From positions 1,755-65,754 of the forward strand of contig JAZDPX010000014.1 of the NCBI GenBank assembly GCA_043797125.1: a stretch of 64,000 nucleotides of DNA, read 5' to 3'. This stretch comes from Candidatus Omnitrophota bacterium. GTDB lineage: Bacteria; Omnitrophota; Gorgyraeia; JABMRG01; JAFGKX01. A program made the translations under genes and the position numbers. The notes beneath the pieces are model-generated. The model did not search any database. It was not told the origin of the DNA and worked only from the letters and a program-made list of their open reading frames with translations. Within the stretch, counting starts at the first letter, position 1. Every line of letters starts with the position of its first letter. Positions 1 to 15,000 of the stretch are shown here, one piece after another.

Positions 1-1
1 T

Positions 2-3000
2 ATTGACCCTGATTTTCAAGGAACCATCCAATCTCTTACTATAGACGGCTATTCAGGTGATATAGCCATGCAAAGAACCCTTACCATAAATGGAAACCTG
101 TCCTTTTTGGGGAATAGCTATATTTCTTTTGATAACCCAGCTCTTGCGCCCAGCAGCCAGGAGCGCTTTAAAATATCATTAAAAGGCGACCTTATTATAG
201 ACAATACCAACGCCTGGGTATATGCTGCTATTAGCCTTTGCTCAAGCCAGGACCAGAACCTTCGTATTCTAAAGGGCACGGTTTATGGTGCAATCACCAT
301 AGATAAGGCCTCAGGAAGGGTCATTTTCGGCGATTTTGACCTTACCAAGCTTCCTTTGTACTTTGTGCCAAACCAGGGCCAGGTGCCTGATTCCCAGGTT
401 AAATTCTATGTCAGTTCAGGCAACCGCTTGATGTATTTTACGCCTACAGGAATATGCTATTTGTTTAGCCAAACAGACCCTGATACAGGAGTAAAGACTT
501 GGGTGCCGGTAAACCTGTCTTTTCTTGATGCCTCTGGAAATGCTGTAATAAGCCCTGAGCTTTTAACAGGCGCGCTGTTTAGCTACTTTTTAGGAAACGA
601 TTTAGCCCAATATCATGCAGGATTGCCCTCCTATTATAAGATTACTTACACCGGGCTTTATCCCGGAATCACGCTTTCTATAAGTTCACAGCAGTCAAAC
701 CTGAAAACAGAATACGTAGTTGCGCCTGGGATAGATTACTGTCAAATTAAACTCAGCTATGAGAATATCACCAGCCTTGAAATAGATAGCGAAGGCAACC
801 TCATAATCCGTACCAGCGTAGCCGAGCTTACGGAATTAAAGCCCTATGTTTATCAGTATATAGATGGAGTAAAAGTTGTAATTGATGCAGAATTTGAAAT
901 TTTATCGGCGAATTCCTATGGCTTTAAGCTCGGCGCTTATAATCAAGATTACGCCCTGGTTATTGACCCTACCCTATGGTTAACCTACTCCACCTATTTG
1001 GGCGGAAGTTCCCAGGATTATGGCCGGGCCATTGCAGTTGATTCTTCGGGTTGCGCCTATGTTACCGGAAGTACGCAGTCAGCAGATTTTCCCACCAGCA
1101 ACGCTTATCAGGGAAGTAGTGGCGGATCTGATGATGCTTTTGTAACCAAGTTTAATTCCGCAGGAAGCGCGTTAGTATACTCCACCTATCTGGGCGGAAG
1201 CGATAATGATGCTGGTTACGGCATTGCAGTTGACTCTTCGGGCTGCGCCTATATTACCGGCAATACAAGCTCCACAGATTTTCCCCTGCAAAACGCTTTT
1301 CAGTCAAGTAAGAGCACTGGTTCAGATGCTTTTGTAACCAAGTTTAATTCAGCGGGAAGCGCGTTAACCTACTCCACCTATCTTGGTGGAACTGGCAGTG
1401 GTGATTATGGCAAGGGAATTGCAGTTGACACATCAAGCTGCGCCTACGTGACAGGATATACAGACTCCACAGATTTTCCCCTGCAAAGCGCTTTTCAAGG
1501 GACCAAGGGCGCAGGTTATGATGTTTTTGTCACTAAGTTTAATGCCGCAGGAAGCGCCTTAACTTACTCCACTTATCTTGGGGGAAATAACAATGATTTT
1601 GGCCGCTCAATTGCAGTTGACTCTTCAGGCTGCGCCTATGTTACCGGTGAGGCCAGGTCAACGGATTTCCCCATGCAAAGCGCTTATCAGGGAACTCATG
1701 GCGGCGGGCTTTGGGATGCTTTTGTAACTAAGTTTAATGCCGCAGGAAGCACATTAGCCTACTCTACCTATCTTGGGGGAAGCGGCGGTGATTATGGCTA
1801 TGGAATTAAAGTTGATTCTTCAGGTTTTGCCTATGTTACCGGCTCTACAATCTCCACAAATTTTCCCACCCAAGACCCGTATCAGGGAGCCAATGCCGGC
1901 AACAGCGATGCTTTTCTCACTAAGTTTAATGCCGCAGGAAGCGCGTTAGTCTACTCCACTTATCTCGGCGGAGCCGTTAATGATTATGGCCGCTCAATCG
2001 CAATTGACCCTTCAGGCTGCGCCTATGTTACTGGCGAGACATCCTCATCCGCAGATTTTCCCACCCAGGATCCATATCAGGGAAGTTATGGCGGCAGCAC
2101 TTGGGATGCTTTTATCACTAAGTTTAACTCTGGCGCGAGCGCGTTAGTCTACTCCACTTATCTGGGCGGAACCGCTGCTGATTATGGCACGGGGATTGCG
2201 GTTGATTCTGCATATATCGCTTATGTGGCTGGTTACACAGCCTCCACGGATTTTCCTACAGAAAGCCCTTATCAGGGAAGTAATGGCGGCAACGGTTATA
2301 ATGATGCTTTTGTGGCCAAGCTTAACTTTGGCATTAGCGTATCCGGCACTGTTTATACCAATGAAGGCAAGACCGCTAATGTGAGTTCAGGCGTGACCAT
2401 AGGCCTTTCAGTGCATGGCCTTACCAAGACCACCAATACTACCGATGCAAATGGCGCATTTACTTTTTATTCCGTGCCTGTTGATGCTGATAACACAATC
2501 ACTCTTTTTGTTGACGATAACGGCTCTTACGAAGCAAACCTGGTCTCCCAGGCCGCAGACGGAACTTCCGCTATAAGCGTGGAGATGTATACCAATAAAA
2601 TTGTCTTAAGGTATGAAAGCGCCGGCCCGATGACCAACACCCTCCTAAATAGAGCAGATAACTCTGGCGATGATGATATACATTATACTTTTTCCGGTTC
2701 CGACATCACCTTTGATACAGGTTATGAAGTTTGGATTGACTCAGGCAAAACTTATACCCCTGGCGCGGCAGTGAGCGTGGATAGCCTAGAAAACAACGGC
2801 ACTTTTAATCCCGAGGCAAACGCGATTACGGTGCGCGGCAGTTGGGATAATGACGGCACCTTTACCTCCTCCGGCACGGTGAGTTTTACCACCGCAAGCA
2901 GCGCTACCATAGACACAGGAGGTGTTGGCGCAAGCTGCGACTTTGAGAACCTTACAGTGGATAAATCAGGCGGAATATTGCAACTCACAGGAAACCATCT

Positions 3001-6000
3001 GGAAGTAGATACAACCCTTACTATTACTGCCGGCACCCTTGACATGAACGGCAAGAATATTACTGAGGCCGATACTATATCTGTTACCGGCACCCTTAAA
3101 CTGCAGGGAAGCGAGACTACTTCAGTTGCTCCTACTAACAATGCCGGCTCAACCATAGAATACTCAGCCACTACAGCAATTAAAGACTGGACTTATAAAT
3201 CCATTAAATTAAACGGCTCTGGCGCAGTGTTTACTTTGCCCGGGGATATTACTGCCAATGAAAACTTTGAAATTACCCTGGGTGAATTCCAGCAGGGCGC
3301 GAATAAGAATTTAACTGTTAAAGGCGACTTTACCATTGCCGCAGCCAATGCCACCTTTACCAAAGGCACCGGCACTTCAAAACTAATCTTAGACGGCTCA
3401 GGCACTACGCCCACCTTTTACGGGCCGACAACACCGCAAAATTTAGGCGTTGTTCAAATTGGCGCTTCTCCTGGGGATGTCTATTTAAACGCTGATTTTA
3501 TGGCAGATTCAATTACCGTGGATGCAGGCGATGTTTTCTATACCATGGGTTATGAAGTAGACGCTGGTTCAGGCGGCATTACCTTGGTTACCGGCGCACC
3601 GGGTGGTGAAATTGATACCACCGATCAAGATGCTGCTGGCTATGAAAAAGACGGCACTATTATTACATGCGCAGGCGCATTTACCATAAATGCCGGAGCT
3701 GTATTTACCAAGTGTTCCACAGCGTCCTACGAAAGCTTAGTTAAGATGGATGGCGGAGGAGCAGCTAATTTTAAATCTTCCAGCCAGGACATTGGTAACT
3801 TTCAAATCTCTACCGCCAATTCCAACATTACGCTGCAGGACGCCTTAAATGCAGATGATATTACAATTGACGGCTCAACCACTCTTACAGCTGGAGCCAA
3901 TGCTGTTAATTGCGCAGGCGATTGGGATAATTCCGGAAGTTTCTCAAGCTCTGCCGCAGTCACATTAGACGGCACAGCTCAATCCATCCTCGGCTCAACT
4001 ACTTTCTATGACTTAACCAAGACCGTTGTTTTAGCAGATACCTTAACCTTTGACAGCGCCGGCGAGCAGATAATTACTCACGATTTAACATTAAACGGAG
4101 CAGATACCGAGCTTCTATCAATAGTAAGTAATAACCCGGGAACAAGAGCAGCTCTTACCCTTCAAGCAGGAGGCACCCAAGACTTACAATACTTAGATGT
4201 CCAGGATTCAGATGCTTCAGCAGGCTTAACCTTAGCAGGCGGAGCTACCTCAACCAACTCCGGCAATAACTTAAACTGGAGCTTTCCTATAGATATAGAC
4301 GGCATTGCCTACGCTGCAGATGAAGCCGCTACTTTAGGCAATGGCATCGATATTATCTTAAGGGCATATGATTTAAGCGGCAACCTGCTTGCCGGCTATC
4401 CTCAAACCGCCACAATAGCCGGCGGATTAGGGGAGTTCAGCTTTAGCGGAGTAACCGTAGTTGCAGGAGGAGCGCTTGTATTTTATATTGATTCTACTGA
4501 TACCGGAGGCAATGCTGGCAATACCTATACCATCACCGATGCTACTGATATCGCTGATATGCAGATATTCTATAGCCACTTAAACGTAAGAGATGATACT
4601 GCCTATGTCACCAAAATACCCGTTACCAACACTATCCTTAATTACTATGACAATGGCAGTGATTCCGCTAATATGATATTTAATGTAAACGCCGGCGCAA
4701 TGACTATGGAAAACATCAGCGAACTTAAAATAGATTCCACCGGCTCTTTTGCTCCAGGGGGCGATGTGACCACAGGAATCACTGTTGCGGATGCCGGCTC
4801 AGATAATCTTGTTTTTAACCTGGACGGCGCCTGGACTGAAAGCGGCGCCAGTGCGGAAACTTTAACCATCAAGAAACATTCTGATTTTAGTGGGTCCTTT
4901 ACTAAGGGAATCGGCACAGTAGTATTTAGTAATGCAACACAAACCATAAACGGCACCCAGGAATTTAATAATGTTACTTTTACTTATAACGGGACAGGCG
5001 CTGCTGCTTATTTTACTATTAATAATACTCTGACCGTCACTGGCACTTTAAAATTTGCCGGAACCTATGGTGTTAGCCTTAGTACAGGAACTATTAATGC
5101 CGAGGGAAATATCGAAATTACCAATACTAGCACCCGGAATCCTGAGGGCACGGCAACCATTAAGATTAACGGCGATGGGAACCAAATTATTACCGGAAGC
5201 CCTGCTGCGGACCAAGGCCAGTTCCCCGGTAAAATGTATATCAGTAAAGACAGCGGAGATTTAACCTTGACTGACGGCACTTTTATTCGTATCGGGAGCG
5301 ATTGGACTTTTGACAAGATGCTTAACGACGGTCAGCTTATCGTTACTGGCTCAACCGTGGTCTTCTATAGTAATCTCACTATTACCGCCACTGTTGCTGG
5401 CGACCATGGCTTAAATAATGTTACTTTTGCTACCAGCACGGGCGCTGATTATTACCAACCGGAAATTGCTGCCGGCACTATTCTTACTGTTGAAGGTAAC
5501 CTTTTCTTTGATGGCCCGCGCCAGGTCAGGCTTAATACCGGCACCATTTGGGTTTATGGGGATGTTACTACTGATATTGCTGATGATGATGGCGGCGGTT
5601 CAGCTCTGATAGTATTTAAGGGCGCAAACCCGCAAAAACTCACCGGCAGCGGTGCGGCCGGGACAGGCAAGTTATGCGATATTGAAATCGCCAAAACCAA
5701 CGGCACTTTTACCTTAGAGAGCATTATCTGCGTAGACGGCCACTGGACTTTTACTTCTATCGGCGCTGGTTCTATTGTTAACACTGACTCTACGGTGATA
5801 TTCTATGGTAACCATAACGTAACTTGTGAAGGCGATATTACCATGGCCTTTAATAATGTGACCGTTGCCGGGAATACCCGCACCTTAACCGGCGATTTAG
5901 ACGTGGACGGTGCTTTAATCATTGACTCCGGCTGTAGCTTAAACAACGCCGGCAACCACGCAATTAATGTCGGCGGCAACTGGGATAATGATAATGGCGG

Positions 6001-9000
6001 AACCTTTACCTCCGGCAATGCCACAGTAACCTTCGATGGCCCAAGCGCGGCAACAATCTATACCGGCGGCGCAGGGGCTAACTTTGACTTTAACAATGTA
6101 ATAATTGACAAGGATGCCGATGGAACAGTAGTGCAAATAAGCGGTAATCTCTGGGAAATAGACGGCACCTTGACCATTACTCAAGGCGTGCTTTATCTGA
6201 ATGGCCAGAGCATTACTAATTCTACCGGCCTTTCCATTGAAGATGCCGGTACCTTAAGGCTTAATGGCAGCGAAAATATTCCTTGGGCTGCCAACGACAT
6301 TAACACCGGTACCTGGGAATATATCGGAGCAGGCGCAGGGCCTTACAACATCAAGGATTTTGGCGCTGATGATTATCATAACTTGACTATCAATGCCACC
6401 AATGACAGCGATATCTTCCAGTTAACAGCTGCCTTAAAGGTCTATGGCGACTTAACCATAGATGGCGGTGAATTAAATGTAACCGATACAGACTACCAGA
6501 TTAACGTAGCCGGCAACTGGGAAAATAACGACACCTTCACCCCTGAAGAAGGAACAGTAATATTAGACGGTTCAGGCCAATCCATACTTGGCTCAACTAC
6601 TTTCTATGATTTAACCAAGACTGTAACAGCAGTAGATACCTTAACCTTTGACAGCGCTGGTGAGCAGATAATCACCCATACCTTAACCTTAACAGGTGAT
6701 GTAGGAGACGGAGACCTCTTATCATTAGTAAGCAGCACACCCGGCACAAGAGCAGCTTTAACATTACAGGCAGGAGGCACTCAAGTTTTATCTTACTTAA
6801 ATGTCCAAGATTCTGATGCTTCAGGCGGCTTAACCTTAGCAGGAGGAGCTACTTCTACTAACTCAGGCAATAACTTAAACTGGAGCTTCCCCATAGATAT
6901 AGACGGCATTGCTTATGAAGCAGATGAAGCTGCTACCTTGGGTAATGGCATAGATATTCTGTTAAGGGCATATGATTTAAGCGGCAACCTTCTTGCCGGC
7001 TATCCTCAAACAGCGACAATAACCGATGGGCTGGGGGGGTTTAGCTTTAACGGCGTAACCGCAGTTGCCGGAGGCGTGCTTGTATTCTACATAGACTCTA
7101 CTGATACCGGAGGCATAGCCGGTAATACCTTTACCATCACTGATGCTACTGATATTATTGATATGGAGGCATTCTACAGACACCTTAATATAAGAGATGA
7201 CACCGCATATGTCACCAAAATACCCGTTACCAATACCATCCTTAATTACTATGACAATGGCAGTGATTCCGCTAATATGATCTTTAATGTAAACGCCGGA
7301 GCAATGACTATGGAAGCAACGACAGAATTAAAAATCGATTCCACCGGTACCTTTGCTCCGGGCGGAGATGTTACTACAGGCACTACAGTTCCCGATGATC
7401 TGATTTTTAACTTAGACGGCACCTGGACTGAAAGCGGCGCAAGCGCGGAAACCTTAACCATTAAAAATGACTGCGACTTTACCGGCGGCACTTTTACCAG
7501 GGGAATCGGCACGGTAAAATTTACCACTTCCGGCACAGACATTACCGGTTCGCAGGAGTTTTATAATCTGTCATTTATTGCCCCTAACGCTGTTTATGCT
7601 ATTGAAGCTCTCACCGAACTGACTGTTCACGGCACTTTAACAATTCAAGCCACACACGCCAGCAACGCGTATATCCTATTAAATGGCGGCACCATCAATG
7701 CTAAAAGAGATATTACTCTTTCGGTAACTACCCCCGGAGCTGCCTCTAATCTTGGCCCATGCACAGCTACTGTTAATATAAATGGCACTGTTGATCAGAC
7801 CATTACCGGAACTTCCGTCGGCGACGATAGCGTTGGAGTCGCTCTTCCTAATGTAAATATCAGTAAGGATCCCGGCAGCACCCTGTTTTTGAAGGACTAT
7901 ATTGCTTTCTGTGCGACTAGCTGGACTTATACTAAAGGCACTATAGATATAGCTACTTATGATTCCACTGTTAGGTTTCATGACGCAGATATGACTATTA
8001 GTGGAAGTCTTATTTTAGACAATGTTTGGTTTTCTGCCCGCAATAGCGATACTTTTGAGATTGTCAACACCCTTACTGTTAATAATCTTACAATCAGCGG
8101 CTTTTCTGGCAGCCCAACCTTAAACACCGGCACCATTAATGTTAAAGGCGATATTGACCTTTCAGGTGGTGGTAGTGGCGGTGGAGGCACTGCTACGATT
8201 AAAATCAATGGCCTGAATATCCAGACTATAACCGGCTCTGGAACTGCAAACTATGGCAAGCTCCCTAATCTTACCATTGAAAAGCTGGATGACACCGGCA
8301 ATTTAGTCCTTTCCAGCATCATCAGTATAGCCGGCAACTGGATTTTTAATACTATAGGCGCAAATGACACGGTGGTGAATACCGGTTCTACTGTGGTTTT
8401 TTATGGCAACAAAAACCTGGATGGCGAAGGCGACATCACTATGGCCTTTAATAATGTTATTTTTGGTGCCTCTGGCGGTGGCACTCGCATCCTTATAGGT
8501 GATTTGGATGTAGACGGAGATCTAACTATCAACGGCAGCAGCATCTTAGATAATAATACTTCCGGCACCTTTGATATCTCCGTAGGCGGGGACTGGAGCA
8601 ATAGCTACAGGTTTATTTCCGGAGCCGGCACCGTAACCTTTGATGGCGGAACTTCCGCTACCCTAAACAGCGGCGGCACTGGCCAATATTTTGACTTCAA
8701 TGATATTATTGTTGCTAAAACCGGCGCTGCGGTGTTGCAGCTTAGTGGCAATACCTTAGAAATTGACGGCACTTTAACCATTAACGATGGAGTGATAGAT
8801 CTAAATGGCCAGACTATCACCAACTCCACCAGCCTTTCCATTGAAGATGCTGGTACTTTAAGACTAATCGGTACTGAAACCATTCCCTGGGCTGCCAACG
8901 ATATTGATACCGGCACATGGGAATATATCGGCGGCGGTTCAACCACTTATACCTTAAAAGACTTTGGAGCTGATGGCGGCAATGATTACTATAACTTAAT

Positions 9001-12000
9001 AATTAACTCTTCTGTTGGCACGGCAGACACTTTCCAAATAGACGGCGTCAAGAATTTAAAAGTGGCTGGCGACTTCTCATTAAATTCAGGAACCTTTAGC
9101 GCTAACGGCCGTAACCAGAACATAGCTGGAGACTTTAGCTTAGCCTTAGGCGCTCTCTACACAAAAGGCGGAACTCTTACCTTTGACGGCGCCACAGCTG
9201 CCAGCTATACAGATTCTACCGTCGGCTTACAGAATGTCGGCGCGGTATCCTTAAATAAGACTGATGCCGGAGATCCTGCTACTAACAATAAATTAACCTT
9301 GCTTAGCAATATGCTCTGCGACAGCTTAACAGTAGACGGCACCGGCGGCTCTGCTGATACTTTAGCTATCGGAGCAAACACCATTACCGCAACCGGAGCT
9401 ACTGATTTAAACGGCACTCTTACCATATCAACCGGCACCTTTAATGCTGACGGCGCGTTTGATGGAACAGGCGGCACAATAACCTTTACCGGCGAAGGCA
9501 ACTTAGTATTATCTTCCACAGTTACTAATGTAGCTTCCAGTCTTACCACTACTATGGGTGAAGTTATCTATGACGGCGCAGCTGCCCAGGATGTAGATAC
9601 GGGTATTACTTATCATGATTTAACCATAGATAATTCCGGCGGATTTATTGCCACCCAGGAAGCAGGAACATTAGATATTAACGGAGACTTCCTAATCAAT
9701 GACTCTAACGCAAAATTTACTGCAGCCAACGCAGGAAACATCGAAGTATACGGAAGTTGGACTAATAACGGCACTTTTACTGCTAATTCCGGCACCGTTA
9801 CTTTGAATGGAACATCGCAAGCCATAAACGGCTCAACCACATTCTATAACTTAACCAAGTCTGTAGCAGCAGCAACTACCCTAACCCTTGATAACACTGC
9901 TACTCAGCTTATTACTCATACTCTCATATTAAACGGAGACGTAGGACAGCTTCTTTCATTAAGAAGTGATTCCACTCCTAATCAATTTAGTATTACCCTG
10001 CAAGCAGGCGGCACGCAGACACTATCTTATCTTGATGTAAAAGATTCCGATGCTTCAGGAGGCTTGACTCTTGCAGCAGGCTCAACCTCTACTAATTCAG
10101 GGAACAACTTAAACTGGAGCTTCCCGATAACCATTACAGGCACTGCTTACCAAGCTAATGGCACAAGCTATCTGGCTAATGGCAAAACCATTGAAATGCG
10201 CGCCTACGACTTAAGTAATAATTTAGTTTCCGGTTATCCTTTAACTGTCGACACTGCAGACGGGTCCGGAGGCTTTACTTTTAGTAACGCTACTGTAGTC
10301 ACCGGCGGAATTTTAGTTTTTCATATTCATGATGAAACTGAAAACGGAAATGTTTATACCATTACCGACGGAAACAGCTTTTCCATGAATCTTCTGCAAA
10401 ATTTCCTGATTATCCGTTCTGATAGCGCCGCAGCCAGCGCGAGCAATTGCATTACCAACGCCAAGTTAGACATATATGATAGAGGCCAGGATACTAACGA
10501 TATGCTATTTACGGTTACTGCCGGAGCCTTGACCATGGATACTTCATCTGTGTTGAGGGTTAGATCCAGCGGCTATTTTACCCCCGGAGGCAATGTTACT
10601 ACCGGCACAACAATTCCTTCTTTGGCATCGGCTGTATACGATCTGGACGGCACCTGGACTGAAACAGCCGGTGACACTTTAACCATACAAAATACCTGTA
10701 CCTTTGACGGCACCTTCACCAAAGCCACCGGCAAGGTAAAATTTAATACCGGCAGCGACACCTCAAGCATAATCGGCGGCACGCAGGATTTTTACGATGT
10801 AGAATTTAATAATCCTACCGGAAGCGAAATTACATTTAGCATTTCAAATACATTAACGGTATACGGGACTCTTACGCAGAGCGGGGCAGGCAACGTAAGG
10901 CTTGTAGGAGGGGCCATAAATGCCAAAGGCGATATTGTTATTGGCAATACTGGCGGGACCGGGGATACCACTGGTTCAACGACAATTAATATTAATGGTA
11001 CAACCGATCAGGAGATCATCAGCACTGTTGGCGTTGGAGAAGGTAAGTTGCCCGCAGTTACTATTAATAAGCCAGGCGACAGCGGTGATTTAACGCTTAC
11101 CGGAATAGTTAACGTTGGCAACAACTTTACCTATACTTCTATGGGTAATGGCCTTTTTGTAACTGATGACAGCACGCTGGCTTTTTGTAATGCTTCTATT
11201 ACTGCTTCCGGAACATTCATCGTGAATAATCTTACTTTTTACAACGGAAGGGCGCCATCTTATACTTTTAACATTGGCACTATTACTGTTAATGGAACAT
11301 TAACTCTCGCAGGCAGCGGCCCGATCGGACTCAATAACGGAACCATTAACGCCAAAGGCAATCTCGCGACAACAAATACAAACACAAACTGCTCCGGCAT
11401 AATGACCATAAATATTAACGGCGATGTCCCGCAGGAATTCAGCGGAAGCGCGACAATGGGCCAGGGCAAGTGGCCGACGATTGTTATAAATAAAACAGAC
11501 ACATTGACGCTTAAGAATATTATTTCGATATATTGGGACTGGACTTATACCGCAGGCACCGTGGACGCCACAACCAACGATTCCACGGTCGCGTTCTATG
11601 AGAGCCATAATTTAGACGGCCAGGGAGCAGGCGGCACCATGGCTTTTGACAATGTTACCATCGCCGGCGGCACCCGTACTTTGACCGGCAATTTAGATGT
11701 TGACGGCAATTTAACAATCAACTCCGGTTGCGCCTTAAGCTCCGGCAATTACGCCATCTCCGTAGGCGGCGACTGGGACAACGACAACGGTGGCACATTT
11801 ACCTCCGGCAATGCCACAGTTACCTTTAACCACGCAAGCGCAGCTACAATTTACACCGGTGGAGTTACAGGTAATTACGACTTCCATCAGAATATAGAAA
11901 TTAACAAGGATGCTTCTACCACAGTAGTGCAATTAAGCGGCAATGGCTTAGACGTAGACGGAACCTTTACCATAACCAAAGGAATCTTTTATCTTAATGG

Positions 12001-15000
12001 CCAGCCTATATCCAGCGGCACTACTCTTAGCGTAACTGACAACGGCACCTTAAGGCTTAACGGTAACGAGGCAATGTCCTGGACCTCTAACAGCACTGCT
12101 ACCGGCACCTGGGAATATGTTGGAGCAGGAGCTGGCCCATATAACATAAAAGACTTTGGAGTTAATGATTATCATAACTTACTTATCAACGCCAGTAATG
12201 GCACCGACGTATTCCAGCTCACAGCAGCTTTAAATGTAGATGGTGACTTAACCATTGATAGCGGTGAATTAAATGTTACTGATACTGATTATCAGATTAA
12301 TGTTGCCGGCAACTGGGAAAACAACGACACCTTTACCGCGGAAGAAGGAGCGGTTGTATTAGACGGCGCAGGCCAATCCATCCTCGGCTCAACCACCTTC
12401 TATGATTTAACCAAGACTGTTACTTCACCTGATATCTTAACCTTCGATAGCACTGGCGAGCAGATAATCACCCACACCTTAACCTTAAATGGAGATACAG
12501 GAGACGGTGACCTGCTCTCAATAGTAAGTGATAACCCCGGCACAAGAGCAGCCCTTACTCTTCAGGCAGGTGGCACACAGAGCTTATCTTACTTAGATGT
12601 TCAGGATTCCGATGCTTCAGCAGGTGAAACCCTAAACGGAGGAGCTACATCTGATAATTCGGGAAACAACTTAAACTGGATTCTTCCTACTGATGTATCC
12701 GGCACAGCCCGCCAGACTGATGAAACAGACCCAATAGCAGGAATAGTTGGCATACTCTTAAAAGTATATGACCCATCCACCGGCTTACAAAGAGGCGGTG
12801 ATTATACTGATGATACTGATAATGATTTAGGCACCTTCACCATGACTAGCGCTTTAATGAAAGATGGGGATATATTAATCATATATATAGACGGCGCCGC
12901 AGAAGACGCCAACACATTCACCATAGCCGATGGTTCTGACATGGCCGGCGTAGACCTTTATGACGACCACTTAGTAATCAGAAATGAAATCGCAGGCAGC
13001 ACCACCCCCATTACCAACACCATTCTTAATTACTGGGACAGCAATGACGACGCTGACATGGTTTTTGCAGTAAATAGCGGCGCTTTAGTTATGTCTACCG
13101 CCAAAGACGCTGAACTCTACATTAACTCCGGCGATTACTTTGCTCCTGGAGGAGATGTTACTACTGCCGACGGAATTCCTTCTGGCCAGCACACCTTAGA
13201 CCTAAACGGTACCTGGACCGAAAGCGGAGCAAGCGCTGAAACCTTAACTATTAAAAACGACTGCGATTTTACCGGCGGCACTTTTACCAGAGGTATTGGG
13301 ACAATAATATTTAGTACCGCTTCGGCTACTTTGGATATTTACGGCGATGATACACAGGATTTTAACAATGTAACATTTTACGGCGGCGCAGCCACTTTTG
13401 CCATAGAAGCTGATACTGTTTTGACAGTTAATGGCACTTTAAAAATTGAAGCCGTTGGAGGCACGGTTTATGTTTATTTACTTACAGGCACCATTAATGC
13501 CAAAGGAGATATTACACTTTTGATCTCTACCGGCTCTACAGACTACCGCACCGTTGAAGGCACGGCTACGATTAATATTAATGGCGCTGGCGACCAGACC
13601 ATCACCGGCCTCTCTTCCAGCGACGGAATTAGTTCTGTCAGCCTTCCCAATGTGAATATCAGTAAAGACACAGGAACTTTATATTTAAAGGATTTTTTCC
13701 GAGTAAGCGGCGATACCTGGACATATACAAAAGGATCTTTAGATGTTACCACATATGATTCCACAGTAGAATTTTTTAGCGGCATGACTATTATAGGCAC
13801 ACATGCTTTGGATAATGTTACCTTTACAGGAAATTCTGTGCCTGATGAAATCGCAGCCGGGACAATATTGACTGTTAATGATGAGCTTACTATCGGCGCC
13901 TTCAACTATGTCTGGATAAATACAGGCACTATTTATGCTAAGGGAAATATTACCCTTAATGGTCTATGTACCAACAACGCTAGCGGCGGTTCAGCTACCA
14001 TTATTATTAATGGCGCAGGCGATCAGTACATAACTGGCACTGATACAGCCGGAACCGGAGGAAGGCTGCCTAATATAGAAATCAGCAAAGATTCCGGAAT
14101 ATTATATTTTGATAATATTATCACTCTTACCAATTATGACGGAAACATAACTTGGACTTATACTAAAGGTACGGTAGATGCTACTACGTATGGCTCAACA
14201 GTGGCATTTTATGATACCACCAACGTGGACGCCGAAGGCATGGCATTTGATAATATTATTATTGGCGGCTACGTAGCTTTAGCCAGCGGTTTAGATGCAG
14301 ACGGCGACTTAACTATAAATTCAGGTAGAACTCTCGACAACTCCGGCAACTACGCCATCTCTGTCGGCGGCGACTGGGATAATGATAATGGCGGGACTTT
14401 TACCTCCGGCAATGCTACCGTAACCTTTGACGGCGCAAGTGCTGCTACCATTTACACCGGCACGACCGGTGCCAATGTAAATGACTTCCAGAATGTAATA
14501 ATTGACAAGGATGCCGATGGCACAGTAGTGCAGCTTTCCGGCAATACCTTTGAAATCGACGGCACCTTAACTATTACTCAAGGCGTACTTTATCTGAATG
14601 GACAGAATATCACCAATTCCACTACGCTCTCTATTGAAAACGCCGGCACCTTAAGATTAATAGGCACTGAATCCGTACCCTGGGCAGCCAATGACTTTGA
14701 CACAGGAACCTGGGAGTTCGTAGGAGCCGGTTCAGGCACCTATGTTATTACCGATTATTATACCCACTACTTTAATTTATTACTTAACTCCGGAGATGGT
14801 ACTGATGAATTCCAGTTAGGCGCAGCTTTAGACGTAGACGGTGATTTAACAATAGAAAGCGGTGAGCTAAATGTAACAGACGCAGATTATCAAATCAACG
14901 TAGCCGGTGACTGGACAAATAACGACACCTTTACCGCAGAAGAAGGAGCTGTAGTATTAGACGGCTTAGGTCAATCAATACTTGGCTCAACTACTTTCTA